From NCBI GenBank assembly GCA_963716175.1, contig OY970296.1:1632001-1696000 (forward strand): a DNA stretch of 64,000 nucleotides, written 5' to 3'. Below the pieces are notes generated by a model that was given only the letters and a program-made list of their open reading frames with translations, did no database searches and was not told where the DNA came from. Made by a program: the position numbers and the translations under genes. Positions 38,524 through 48,242 of the stretch are shown here, one piece after another (positions within the stretch are counted from its first letter, which is position 1; every line of letters starts with the position of its first letter). This stretch comes from an uncultured Armatimonadetes bacterium. GTDB taxonomy: Bacteria > Armatimonadota > Hebobacteria > Hebobacterales > Hebobacteraceae.

Positions 38524-39381
38524 ATGAATGTCGCTCCTGCGATATCGGAGGCGGTGGCGCGGTGCGCGGAGCGCTTGGCAGAGGTCGGCATAGAGAGCGC
38601 GCGAACGGAGGCCGAGCTGCTGGTAGGGGCGGCCTTGGACCGGAGCCGCGACTGGCTCTTCCTCCATCCCGATGAGCCCCTCTCGGCCGAGCAGCAAGCT
38701 CACCTCGCCGGCTTGCTGGCGCGCCGCGCCGCCCGCGAGCCCCTCCCCTACATCCTGGGTCGCGCTGAGTTCTATGGCCTCTCATTTCGGGCGACGCCGG
38801 CGGCGATTGTGCCCCGGCCCGAGACCGAGATCCTGGTGGAGGCGGTGGTGGAGCGAGCGCGGGAGGTGGGAGCAGAGGTGGCAGTGGATGTGGGTACGGG
38901 GTGTGGCGCCATCGCAGTGGCGCTGGCGAAGCAGCTTTCAGAGGTGCGCGTGATCGCGATTGACACGTCTCCGGAGGCGCTGCGGCTGGCGCGCGACAAC
39001 TGCCGGGCGCACGGGGTGGCAGATCGGGTGGCGCTGGTGGGCAGTGATCTGCTCAGTGCGATCAGACTCGAAGTGGACTGCGTCGTCGCCAATCTGCCCT
39101 ACATCCGCAGCGATGAGTTCCCGAGCCTCCAGCCGGAGGTGCGCGATTGGGAGCCGCGGGCGGCGCTGGATGGCGGGGAGGATGGGCTCGAGGTGATCCG
39201 TCGCTTCAGCGGTCAGCTCTGGGGCCATCTTCGTACAGGAGGATTCGCCGGTCTGGAGGTGGGCACAGGGCAGGCCGGGGAGGTGGCGAAGCTGCTCCGG
39301 GCTGGCGGACTCGGGGGCATCGAGGTGCTGCGCGATTATGGCGGGATCGAGCGGGTGGTGATCGGCTGGCGCGGCGGATGA
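38524..39381 (+). CDS. prmC: Release factor glutamine methyltransferase
   Basis: REPLPYILG, VPRPETE, DVGTGCG, ANLPY, ALDGGEDGL. Confidence 0.95.
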   Translation: MNVAPAISEAVARCAERLAEVGIESARTEAELLVGAALDRSRDWLFLHPDEPLSAEQQAHLAGLLARRAAREPLPYILGRAEFYGLSFRATPAAIVPRPETEILVEAVVERAREVGAEVAVDVGTGCGAIAVALAKQLSEVRVIAIDTSPEALRLARDNCRAHGVADRVALVGSDLLSAIRLEVDCVVANLPYIRSDEFPSLQPEVRDWEPRAALDGGEDGLEVIRRFSGQLWGHLRTGGFAGLEVGTGQAGEVAKLLRAGGLGGIEVLRDYGGIERVVIGWRGG

Positions 39382-39437
39382 GGAGCTGGGCCAAGAGAGC
39401 AGGTCGGCGAGCTGGCGCATGGGAAGGGGTGAAGGCC

Positions 39438-40097
39438 ATGGTGAAGCTGGAGACGCGAGTGCTGGCGGTGGACGCGCACGATCCCGAGCCGCGTGTGATT
39501 GAGGAGGCGGCGCGGGTGATCAGGGCGGGGGGCCTGGTGGTGCTGCCCACGGACACGGTGTACGGGCTGGTGTGCGACCCAGGCCAGCCGGCAGCGGTGG
39601 ACCAGATCTACCAGGTGAAGCAGCGCCACCGCGAGCTGCCGCTGTCACTGCTGCTGCACGATATGGCCCAGGTGAGCGCGTACGTCTACGATGTGCCCGA
39701 GATCGCGGTGCGGGCGATGCAGCAGTTCTGGCCCGGGGCACTGACGGTGATCGTGGGGCGTTGCCGGGAGACGACCGCGGCAGTGTGCGCGGGAAAAGAC
39801 ACCGTGGGCCTGCGGCTGCCGGCTCACGTGGTGCCGAGGCTGGTGGCGGGAAGCGCAGCCTGCGCGCTGGCCAGCACCAGCGCCAATCGCAGCAGACAAC
39901 CGGCCCCGCGCACGGCGGAGGAGGCGGTGGAGCAGCTCGACGGGCTGGTGTCGCTGGTGCTGGACGCGGGCCCTACGCCGGTGGGGCAGGAGTCCACGGT
40001 GGTCAGCTTCGCCGGTGATCCACCGCAGTTGCTGCGGGCGGGCGCCATCTCCCTGGCCCGGCTGCGGGAGGCACTGGGGGAGGTGAGAGCGAAGTAG
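39438..40097 (+). CDS. tsaC: L-threonylcarbamoyladenylate synthase (Sua5/YrdC family)
   Basis: PTDTVYGL, FWPGALT, STSANRS, ESTVV. Confidence 0.92.
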   Translation: MVKLETRVLAVDAHDPEPRVIEEAARVIRAGGLVVLPTDTVYGLVCDPGQPAAVDQIYQVKQRHRELPLSLLLHDMAQVSAYVYDVPEIAVRAMQQFWPGALTVIVGRCRETTAAVCAGKDTVGLRLPAHVVPRLVAGSAACALASTSANRSRQPAPRTAEEAVEQLDGLVSLVLDAGPTPVGQESTVVSFAGDPPQLLRAGAISLARLREALGEVRAK

Positions 40098-40124
40098 GCG
40101 GCCACCAAACCCGAGGGAGGAACC

Positions 40125-40634
40125 ATGGAGACTATTGCGGCCATCATGCAGAGGCGAAGCATCCGCAGCTATCTGGCGAGAGCAATCCCGGAAGAGGACT
40201 TGAACACCATTCTGGAGGCGGGCCGGCAGGCCCCCTCGGCGGCCAACCGGCAGCCGTGGCACTTCGTGGTGGTGCGGGAGGAGGGGCAGAAGAAGCGGCT
40301 GGCGGAGGCGTGCTCGGGGCAGAGCTGGATGGCGGAGGCGGATGCCATCATCGCCGGCCTGGGCAAGCCTGCGGTGAACGAGAAGTGGTACCCGGTGGAT
40401 GTGGCGATCGCGCTGGAGAACATGATCGTGGCCGCCACCGCGCTGGGCTACGGGACGTGCTGGGTGGGGGCATTTGACGAGGGGAAGGTGAAGAGCGTGC
40501 TGGGCGTGCCCGATGACGTGCGAGTGGTGGCGCTCACTCCGGTGGGAGCGCCGGCGGACAAACCCGACCGGCGGCCGCGGATGCCCGTTGCGGAGTTCGC
40601 GTCGCGGGACAGGTACGGGGAGAGGTGGAGCTGA
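40125..40634 (+). CDS. Nitroreductase family protein
   Basis: RRSIRSY, APSAANRQPW, GYGTCWVG. Confidence 0.92.
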   Translation: METIAAIMQRRSIRSYLARAIPEEDLNTILEAGRQAPSAANRQPWHFVVVREEGQKKRLAEACSGQSWMAEADAIIAGLGKPAVNEKWYPVDVAIALENMIVAATALGYGTCWVGAFDEGKVKSVLGVPDDVRVVALTPVGAPADKPDRRPRMPVAEFASRDRYGERWS

Positions 40635-40660
40635 GCGAAAGCCGGGCCGCCGCGCCGGCG

Positions 40661-40903
40661 TTAGCGCGCGCTCCGGTAGGCGCGAAGAAACTCGTCCCTA
40701 GTGATAGCTGCCTGGGTGCAGATCGCCCGAAGGGTTGAGCCTTTCAGCGTCGGATGGTTGGGGATGGTCATCGGGGTGATTGAGCCGTCGGGGTTACGCC
40801 GACGGAGTGCGATGTGCTCCGCCTCTCTAACCAGTTCGAAGCCCAGCGACGTCAGGGCGCGGATGACTCGCGCCTTAGGCGCATCCACGGGGAACTTGGT
40901 CAA
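40661..40903 (-). CDS. hicA: HicA family toxin
   Basis: VIRALTSLGF...EHI...TIPNH...KGSTLRAICTQA. Confidence 0.85.
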   Translation of the reverse strand: MTKFPVDAPKARVIRALTSLGFELVREAEHIALRRRNPDGSITPMTIPNHPTLKGSTLRAICTQAAITRDEFLRAYRSAR

Positions 40904-41139
40904 ACGAGCGGGACCTCGGTTTCGGCAGTGAAGACCTCCGCGACCTCGCTGGCCTCCTCTAGCACCTCTGGGCCAAAGGTCTGGAGGTGGAAGCGCACCG
41001 CGGATTGCACCTCCCGCAGGGCCTGGTCGTAGCTGTCACCCTGAGCGACGACCACGCCCTTCAGCCCCAGAGGGTAGGCGACGTAGCCATCTTCAGTGCG
41101 CTCGATAACAAGTTTGATCCGCCTTGAGGGGCCAGCCAA
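40900..41139 (-). CDS. hicB: HicB family antitoxin (short form)
   Basis: VIERTEDGYVAYPLGLKGVVVAQGDSYDQAL; TTG start after aggagg; TGcTATAAT at 41174-41182. Confidence 0.85.
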   Translation of the reverse strand: MAGPSRRIKLVIERTEDGYVAYPLGLKGVVVAQGDSYDQALREVQSAVRFHLQTFGPEVLEEASEVAEVFTAETEVPLV

Positions 41140-41339
41140 AGCATCCTCCTGTGCCCGCACATTGCCACTCAGGATTATAGCACATCAGTGGGCCTCGCAG
41201 GGTCGCGGTGCGCTCCTGGGCGATCAGGTCTGCTCCCGGGAAACGTCGCAAGGCCCGCATGGGCAGGCCCACCCTACAAAGCTCGGAGGCCCGCCTGACG
41301 GCGGGCCTCCGATGCGTCACAACCAACAGCTCGTCTCGG

Positions 41340-43105
41340 CTATTGATACCGGAAGTCCGTGTACTCGTGTTGAATGGGCTGGTTGGAGGTGCCGATCGCT
41401 ACCAGATACCACTCGCCTCCGAGCTGCCTCAGGCGGAAGGAGACGTACACCATGTGCTCGGCGCCATCGGGATCGTAGAACACCTGGCGGCCGGTGTAGA
41501 AGACTTCCTTGCTGGACAGCCAAATGGGATCGTCGAAGTCCATGGAAACCGTCTGGGTGGTGCTGACGGTGTCAAGCGTCATGGCGTAGAAGTCATCGGT
41601 GGTGGTGGTGTAGGAGTACTCGCCATCGAAGTAGACCCGGATATCGAGCTGGTCGGTGAGATGAGCGGCCAGCGGGCCGACATCACCATCCAGCCAGGCT
41701 AGCCGGATGTCCCTGATGGCCTCCGATGCACCCTGGTAGTCCAGGTGATAGCCACTGTAGTAGTAGCGGTACGGCGTCACCGGGACGTAAACGTACTCAA
41801 CGGGCGCGTAGTAGCACCGATCCGGGTAGATCCACCCCGGGCTCCAGCCGAAGTAGGCGTAGACGCCCGGGTAGTAACCCGGATAGTAGAGCCCGAAGAA
41901 ATAGGGGTCTGCGAAGTAGAAGGGGTACCAGAAGTTGATCAGGATCAGGGTGTGGTGGCGGCGGTGGAACCCGGTGAAGAAGCCGCCTCCCCGGCCCCAC
42001 ACCGCCCCGGGCGCGACCAGGTAGCCAAACCCAGGCCGCCCATAGTGGTTGACAATGGTGCTGTAGGTGCCCTTGATGTGGGTGACGTTGTCCCGCACCA
42101 GCCAAGCGGTGTCCTTGGCCACGGGATTGCCGACCACGTCGTGGCCCGGGCGCACGGTCTGGAAGCGTCCCAGCTGCGTGTTCTCCTGGCGCACCCGCTC
42201 CCGCAAGCGCGCCGGGAGCTGCTGCCGATCCTGAGGGGATACGAGTCGGACCTTCTGGTCGCTCTCCGCACCACGAAACTCGGCTTGCGGGACAGTGAAG
42301 CGCCGCGGCACGCGCGGCGGCGCGTTCGGGTTCACCACATTCTGCCCGGGAGTCCGGCCTGGCGTCGGCCTGCCCTCTGCGACACCGGGGCGCTGGCCCT
42401 GGGGCGTCTGCCTGGGGGGCGCGGCGGGCTGCTGCTCGCGCCCGCCAGCACGAGGCCGCTCTCTGACCTGTCCCTGCTCACCAGCCGTAGGCTTGGAGGG
42501 CCGCTCTTGGCCCGCCCTTGCTGATCGCTGGCGGAGCGGGAGGGCCGCTCTCTCGGGCTCGCCTGAGAGTTGCGCTCGCGGTTGCCCCACTCTGAGGCAG
42601 CAACTGGCGTGCCGGGGCGCTGGCGGTAGAGCTGGTAGACGTCGCCCTGGGATGGCTGCTGCCGCCGCGCGACGGGCGGGCGCTCGTAGCTGGGGGCCGC
42701 GCGCTGCTGGCCCCATCTCGGCTGAGGAACACCCTCTCCCTGCGACTGAGGTTGCTCAGGCTGGCGATACCATCGGAAAGCATCGGGCCGCGGGATCTGC
42801 TGCTGGCGGCCGCGCAAGCCCACGGCGGGTCCCTCTGGGCCAGGGCCTGGCCGGGCCGGAGGAGTGACCGACTGCGGCCCAGGTGTTTGGGCCTGACGGG
42901 GGGCAGCGCGCTCCTGTGCGGGCGCGCGCTCCGGCTGGCTGCGCGCCTTCTGGTCCGGCTGCGCCTGGCCGCGGTCAGACTGGCCCCGGTCGGATTGCCC
43001 CTTGCCCCGCTGACCCCAGGAGAATGACGGCAGCAGGGCCAGGCCGGCGAAAAGGACCGCGGTGAGGAGAGTGCTGCGAACTCGGTTGCTGTTGTGACCT
43101 GACAT
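41340..43105 (-). CDS. Secreted protein with a Q/P/R-rich disordered region, a Tyr-rich segment and a C-terminal NTF2-like domain (frameshift at about 42512)
   Basis: Signal-like STLLTAVLFAGLALLPSFSWG in ORF 42332..43129 joins ORF 41340..42716 at DQQGR/GQERP; ends ...RLRQLGGEWYLVAI. Confidence 0.65.
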
Positions 43106-43294
43106 CTCGCCCACCTTCCTTTCTACCATCTGCCCCCCGAAGGTGGCAGACAGAGCCTTGAAGGTCCCCGTCCGTGTATTCTATTGTACCGCGTTCTGGG
43201 CGTGGCTCAAACCCTGTGGCGGGTTGTCTGTCACCTGAAATCTGCACGGAGCCGCTCTGGGGGCCCGGCCTGCGTTTCAGCGGGTGAGGTAAGA

Positions 43295-43325
43295 GACAAC
43301 CCCCCGGCGACGCCGGGGGGTTGTC
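43295..43325. terminator. Hairpin downstream of the OmpM-like gene
   Basis: gacaaccccccggcg-a-cgccggggggttgtc. Confidence 0.7.
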
Positions 43326-43351
43326 GGTTGGTTCGGATGCGGCCGACCGGG

Positions 43352-45472
43352 CTAGAACTCCACGGCCAACTCGGCGCGGACCACCTGGACCGCGTCGTTG
43401 ATCGCGAAGTGCTGTACCTGGTCGGGGGTGGTGATGACCGGCACCTGCTGCCCTGACAGCATGTGGTCTGCCTCCCGCCGGCCGTAGAGCAGCTTGGCGG
43501 TCACGCTGTCGGAGAGCTGGTGCGAGAGCTGAACCCACCAGACCGGGTCGGCCCGCTCCCACTTGTCGGGCTTGGTAATAGGCGCGCCCGCGGAATCCAC
43601 CCCGCTGAACAGCATCCAGCTGAGGAAGCGCGGGTTGTAGCCATCGCCGGAAGCGTAGGAGATGGAGACCGGAGTCTTCGGCCCCAGCAGCTTCGGGAAG
43701 GTGGCATTGAAGTGCCAGCCCTTGGCGATGTTCGTGGGATCCAGGAAGAGCGGCCGATCCACCCAGTTGATGTAGTGGGCGTTGACTTCCGCCAGCGGGT
43801 GGAGGGCCGAGAGCGGCAGGTTGAAGGTGAACAGGTCGGAGCCACCCATGAAGGGGCCGACCTGGCTCCAGCCAGCGCCGCCAGGTGAGAAGGCGTAGCC
43901 TGGATCAATCAGGCCATACTCGCCGGTGAGGGCGAGCCAGTCGTTGTCCCACTTGAGGCCGGTGAACCAGGCATTGCGGCCCGCCTGCTCGACGGTCAGC
44001 TCGCTTGCATCCTGGACGCCGTCTCCGTTCGCGTCGAAGAACTTGAGACCGGTGGGCCACTTGCGCAGCTGCGAGAACTCGCCATAGAAGCCGAGGCCGA
44101 AGAACTTGCCGTCGAGGCTGGCGCTCCAGGCCTGCTCCTTGTTGAACCCGCTCTGCAGCCAGTTCACGCCCAGGTCCCAGCTCTTGCTGAGGGCGAAGTC
44201 GGCATAGTACAGGTTGTAGTTATCCTGACCATTGGTCTTGGGGGCGTTGAGCTCAGAGCCCGAGTACATCCCGACGCCTCCCACGATCAGAGGCGTGATC
44301 CCGGGTAGACCGAGGTCTCCGGTGCTGCGCCCGTAGAACTCCTCCCGATCGAGCAGCCCCCAGTAGATGCCCCAGGAGACGCGCTGCTCCTTGTTCCAGT
44401 CGAAACGGAAGCCCTTGGTCGCCTCCTGATCGTTGTCCACCAGCAGGCCTTCACCTCGGCGCACGTACTGCTTGCCCACGACCATGTCCATGGGGACCAG
44501 GAAGTGGGTCTTGTGGGCCACCCAGGCCTCGTTGATCTTGACCTCGTCCATAATCCCGTTGCCGGAGAGGGCATTGGGGGAGCCAACGAACTCCTCAGGG
44601 GTGTAGTCAACTTGGGCTACGTTCCCGATGTTGTTGGTCCTGGTGTCGGCCAGCAACTGCACCTTGACGCTGGTGGTATCGGAGAGCTGGCCCGCCAGGT
44701 TGATCCGGGTGCGCTGGGTGAGGAAGTCGCTGGCCTTGAAGGTATCCTTCAAGGCGTCGCTGATGGGGATGGTGCCCACGAACGACGGGTTGGTCCCGAC
44801 ATCGGTCCAGGCCCCGTTGACGAAGTCCGGCAGGTTGATCCCGCCATAGGGGGCCACCGACCCGAGGAAGGCACCACCGGCCACGGTGAGAGGCGCGTCA
44901 GCTCCGCCGCCTCCGCCGGTTCCCTCGGGACTGAAGGGATAGCCGGTGGACTCCACTTCCTGGGTGCCAAGCTTGGTGCCATAGAGGCCGGTGCGGACGT
45001 CAATGTCTCCGCTGACGGTGATGGTAGGACCCTTGGCAGCGGGCCGGGCCTCCAACTCCTCCACGCGCTTGGTGAGGTTGTCCAGGTCGGAGCGGAGGGC
45101 CTTCAGTTCGGGAGCGAACTCCTTGGCGAGGCGGTCCAGCAGAGCCTGCTGCTCGGCTGTCACACCTCCTCCGCCACCCGCCGGACCCGGCGGGCCGGGC
45201 TCGCCCTTGGGGCCCGGAATGCCCTTCATCTGCTCCATCCGCTCCATCATGCGCGCGATCGCCTGCGCGAACTCGTAACGGGTCAGGGGCTGCTTGCCCT
45301 TGAAAGTCCCGTCTGGATAGCCCTCGATGAGCCCGGTCTCGGCCAACTTGTTCACGGCGTTGTACGCCCAGTGGTCGAGCGGAACATCGGCGAAGGGCTG
45401 CTGAGCCAGCGCAGGGACGAGGGCACCGAGCAACACGACCACGGCGCCCAATACGAACCCTACTCTACGCAT
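43352..45472 (-). CDS. OmpM-like outer membrane protein (signal peptide, SLH, coiled coil, beta-barrel)
   Basis: FADVPLDHWAY...GYPDGTFKG...TRYEFA; coiled coil EFAPELKALRSDLDNLTKRVEELE; amphipathic strands; C-terminal VRAELAVEF. Confidence 0.82.
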   Translation of the reverse strand: MRRVGFVLGAVVVLLGALVPALAQQPFADVPLDHWAYNAVNKLAETGLIEGYPDGTFKGKQPLTRYEFAQAIARMMERMEQMKGIPGPKGEPGPPGPAGGGGGVTAEQQALLDRLAKEFAPELKALRSDLDNLTKRVEELEARPAAKGPTITVSGDIDVRTGLYGTKLGTQEVESTGYPFSPEGTGGGGGADAPLTVAGGAFLGSVAPYGGINLPDFVNGAWTDVGTNPSFVGTIPISDALKDTFKASDFLTQRTRINLAGQLSDTTSVKVQLLADTRTNNIGNVAQVDYTPEEFVGSPNALSGNGIMDEVKINEAWVAHKTHFLVPMDMVVGKQYVRRGEGLLVDNDQEATKGFRFDWNKEQRVSWGIYWGLLDREEFYGRSTGDLGLPGITPLIVGGVGMYSGSELNAPKTNGQDNYNLYYADFALSKSWDLGVNWLQSGFNKEQAWSASLDGKFFGLGFYGEFSQLRKWPTGLKFFDANGDGVQDASELTVEQAGRNAWFTGLKWDNDWLALTGEYGLIDPGYAFSPGGAGWSQVGPFMGGSDLFTFNLPLSALHPLAEVNAHYINWVDRPLFLDPTNIAKGWHFNATFPKLLGPKTPVSISYASGDGYNPRFLSWMLFSGVDSAGAPITKPDKWERADPVWWVQLSHQLSDSVTAKLLYGRREADHMLSGQQVPVITTPDQVQHFAINDAVQVVRAELAVEF

Positions 45473-45939
45473 CGCTTCCTCCTTCAATTCACGTCACAAG
45501 GTGGCGGAACCGATAGCGCAGATGAAGCCTGCCCGGAGCTTCCATGTTACCTCCCGGCTGCAAGCCCCCGCCTGGCTATCGCTTCTCGCCTGCGACCGGC
45601 GGCTTTCCGACCCAGCCATGCGCCTTGCTCAGCCACCTCCTTTCCGGCGCAGAGAGCCGCTGAGGCCGATAGGCCGCTCTCGTCAAGACTTCGAACTCGC
45701 TCGCGCCCAAGGCTGGGCTGCCAAGCGGTAGAATATGCCACGTCCCCTGCCCGACATCTAAAGGGCTGCTCCCCCTGCTGCCAGAGCTCCCCTTCGCCAG
45801 TGCGCCGAGGAAGCTCTCCGGTTCGAGCTCGAGGGCAGGCGCGCCTTGCCGGCGTGGATACGCTGATGCCTACGATTGCTGATCCCCTGCCCGATACGCC
45901 CGTCTCTTAGACACCAGACCTTCAGCAGAGTCGCGGGGC

Positions 45940-45968
45940 ATTATAGGCCACTCCCGGCGTGCTGGCAA
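45940..45968 (-). promoter_or_regulatory. Sigma70 promoter about 460 nt upstream of the OmpM-like start
   Basis: TTGCCA-N17-TATAAT on the minus strand. Confidence 0.65.
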
Positions 45969-46064
45969 CCCAAGATTGCACCATAGGGCCGACAAGGCCT
46001 GACAGAGGAGCGGGCCCAAGGGTCGCAGAATCCCCGGCCAGACTGCGGAGAGGAGCAGCTCAGT

Positions 46065-47189
46065 ATGGTGATCGGGGTGCCCAGGGAGATCAAGGACGGC
46101 GAGCAGCGGGTGGCGATCACGCCGGCCGGGGTCCGGGCCTTCCGGGAACACGGGCATCGCGTGCTGGTGGAGAGCGGGGCCGGGGAGGGGAGCCGGATCT
46201 CGGATGCCGAGTTCCGCCGCGCCGGGGGCAGGGTGGTGGGTGGGCCGGAGGAGGTCTTCGCGCGCGCCGAGCTGGTGCTGAAAGTGAAGGAGCCGCTGCC
46301 GCCGGAGTATGGGCTGCTGGGCGCGGGCCACATTCTATTCACCTACCTCCATCTCGCTTCTTCGCGCGAATTGCTGCACGCCTTGCTGGCCTCGGGAGTG
46401 ACGGCGCTGGGCTACGAGACGGTGCAGACGGAGAGTGGGACCCTGCCCCTGCTGGTGCCGATGAGTGAGATTGCGGGCAAGCTATCGGTGCAGATCGGGG
46501 CCCACCTGCTGGAGGCAGAGTGTGGAGGCAGAGGGACGCTGCTGGGGGGTGTGCCCGGGGTGCCGCCGGGCCAGGTGGTGATCCTGGGGTGCGGAGTGGC
46601 GGGCACGAATGCGGCCAAAGTGGCGGTGGGGACGGGGGCACATGTCACTATCCTGGATATCAACCACGACCGGCTGAAGTACCTCGACGACGTGCTCATG
46701 GGCAATGTGATCACGGTCTACGCCAACGCCTACTCCATCGAGCGCGCAGTCAGCTACGCGGATCTGCTGATTGGGGCGGTGCTGGTGCCAGGAGCGCGGG
46801 CGCCCGAGCTGGTGACCCGGGCGATGGTGCGAAAGATGAAGCCGGGGTCGGTGATCGTTGATATCTCGGTGGATCAGGGGGGGTGTGTGGCGACGATCCG
46901 CCCCACCAGCTACTCCGAGCCGTACTACGTGGTGAACGGGGTGCTCCATTATGCGGTCCCGAACATCCCCGCGGCAGTGCCCAGGACGGCCACGCACGCG
47001 CTCACCAATGCCACCCTACCCTGGGCGCTGGAGATCGCGCAGAAAGGATTGGCCGAGGCGCTGCGCACCAATCCGGCGCTGGCGAGGGGACTCAATGCGA
47101 TGGGGGGTCATGTGACGCACGCGGCGGTGGCGCAGGCCTTCCGCATGAGGCCGGTGAAGTGGGAAGAGCTGCTGGCGGAGGTGAGCTGA
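46065..47189 (+). CDS. ald: Alanine dehydrogenase
   Basis: IGVPREIK, KVKEP, FTYLHLA, PMSEIAG, VDQGG, HYAVPNIP. Confidence 0.95.
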   Translation: MVIGVPREIKDGEQRVAITPAGVRAFREHGHRVLVESGAGEGSRISDAEFRRAGGRVVGGPEEVFARAELVLKVKEPLPPEYGLLGAGHILFTYLHLASSRELLHALLASGVTALGYETVQTESGTLPLLVPMSEIAGKLSVQIGAHLLEAECGGRGTLLGGVPGVPPGQVVILGCGVAGTNAAKVAVGTGAHVTILDINHDRLKYLDDVLMGNVITVYANAYSIERAVSYADLLIGAVLVPGARAPELVTRAMVRKMKPGSVIVDISVDQGGCVATIRPTSYSEPYYVVNGVLHYAVPNIPAAVPRTATHALTNATLPWALEIAQKGLAEALRTNPALARGLNAMGGHVTHAAVAQAFRMRPVKWEELLAEVS

Positions 47190-47191
47190 AG

Positions 47192-48157
47192 ATGGGAGGG
47201 AGGTCCGGTCAGGTGCTGGCGCTTCCCTCCAAGCGCGATCACCCGGCCTGGCTGAAGGCGAAACGGCGCCAGCTCGCCAGGCTGCTAGGCGGTTTTCCGG
47301 CCCGGGCGCCGCTCCACGCTGAGGTCACCCGCCGGGAAGAGGAGCGCGACCGGGTGGTGGAGTGGGTGCGCTACGAGAGTGAACCGGGGGAGGTGGTGCC
47401 CGCGGTGATGCTGATCCCGCGGCGCCGCACTCCCCCTCTGCCGGCAGTTCTCTGTCACCACCAGCACGCCGGGCAGTACGAGCTGGGCAAGAGCGAGGTG
47501 CTCGGCTGGGCCGGCAATCCCCAGCAGGCCTATGCGGCCGAGCTGTGCGCCCGCGGCTACATCGCCTTCGCCCCGGACTGCATCGGGTTCGAGGAGCGAG
47601 GCCACCCGCGGCTCTCAGGGCCGGACTACGAGCGCTTCCTGGCCCATCACTTGCTGCTCCAGGGCCTCACCCTGCAGGGGAAGATGGTCTGGGATGTGAC
47701 CCGGGCGATAGACTATCTCATCTCCCGGCCCGAGGTGGACGGCGCCCGGATCGGCATGGTCGGGCACTCGCTGGGCGGATGCGAGACCTGGTGGTCAATG
47801 GCGCTGGAGCCCCGCCTCAAGGCCGGCGCCGCGAGCTGTGGCACCACCACCTATGCCGCGGTGCTGGCGGCGGAGCGCTACCACAACTACGGGTTCTATG
47901 TGCCGGACATTCTGAAATGGGGGGACCTGCCAGAGGTGGTCTCTCTGATCGCTCCCAGGCCGCTGCTGGTGCTGGCCGGGGCGGAGGACCGGGGCTTCCC
48001 GGTGGCCGGGGCCAAGCAGGTGGTGGCCCGCGCGGGCATGCTGTACCGGAGGTTGGGGGCGGCGGAGGCGCTGGAGTTGTTCGTTTCACCCAAGGGCCAC
48101 GAGTTCACAGATGAGATGAGGCACCGCGCCTACCTGTGGTTTGACCGGTGGTTGTGA
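47192..48157 (+). CDS. Dienelactone hydrolase-like alpha/beta hydrolase
   Basis: RIGMVGHSLGG, IAPRPLL, GHEF. Confidence 0.85.
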   Translation: MGGRSGQVLALPSKRDHPAWLKAKRRQLARLLGGFPARAPLHAEVTRREEERDRVVEWVRYESEPGEVVPAVMLIPRRRTPPLPAVLCHHQHAGQYELGKSEVLGWAGNPQQAYAAELCARGYIAFAPDCIGFEERGHPRLSGPDYERFLAHHLLLQGLTLQGKMVWDVTRAIDYLISRPEVDGARIGMVGHSLGGCETWWSMALEPRLKAGAASCGTTTYAAVLAAERYHNYGFYVPDILKWGDLPEVVSLIAPRPLLVLAGAEDRGFPVAGAKQVVARAGMLYRRLGAAEALELFVSPKGHEFTDEMRHRAYLWFDRWL

Positions 48158-48242
48158 GGCCGCCGGGAGAGGGAAGGAGAGGCGCGGCGGGGTGCGAACA
48201 GAGGGCCTAATTGTCCGTACCTCAATCGCGGAGGTGTGCGAG

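Noticed and set aside
45860-45935. c-di-AMP (ydaO) riboswitch in the OmpM-like leader
   Set aside because: Only short fragments (gctgaa, tcgtaggc) resemble it; the core paired elements could not be built.
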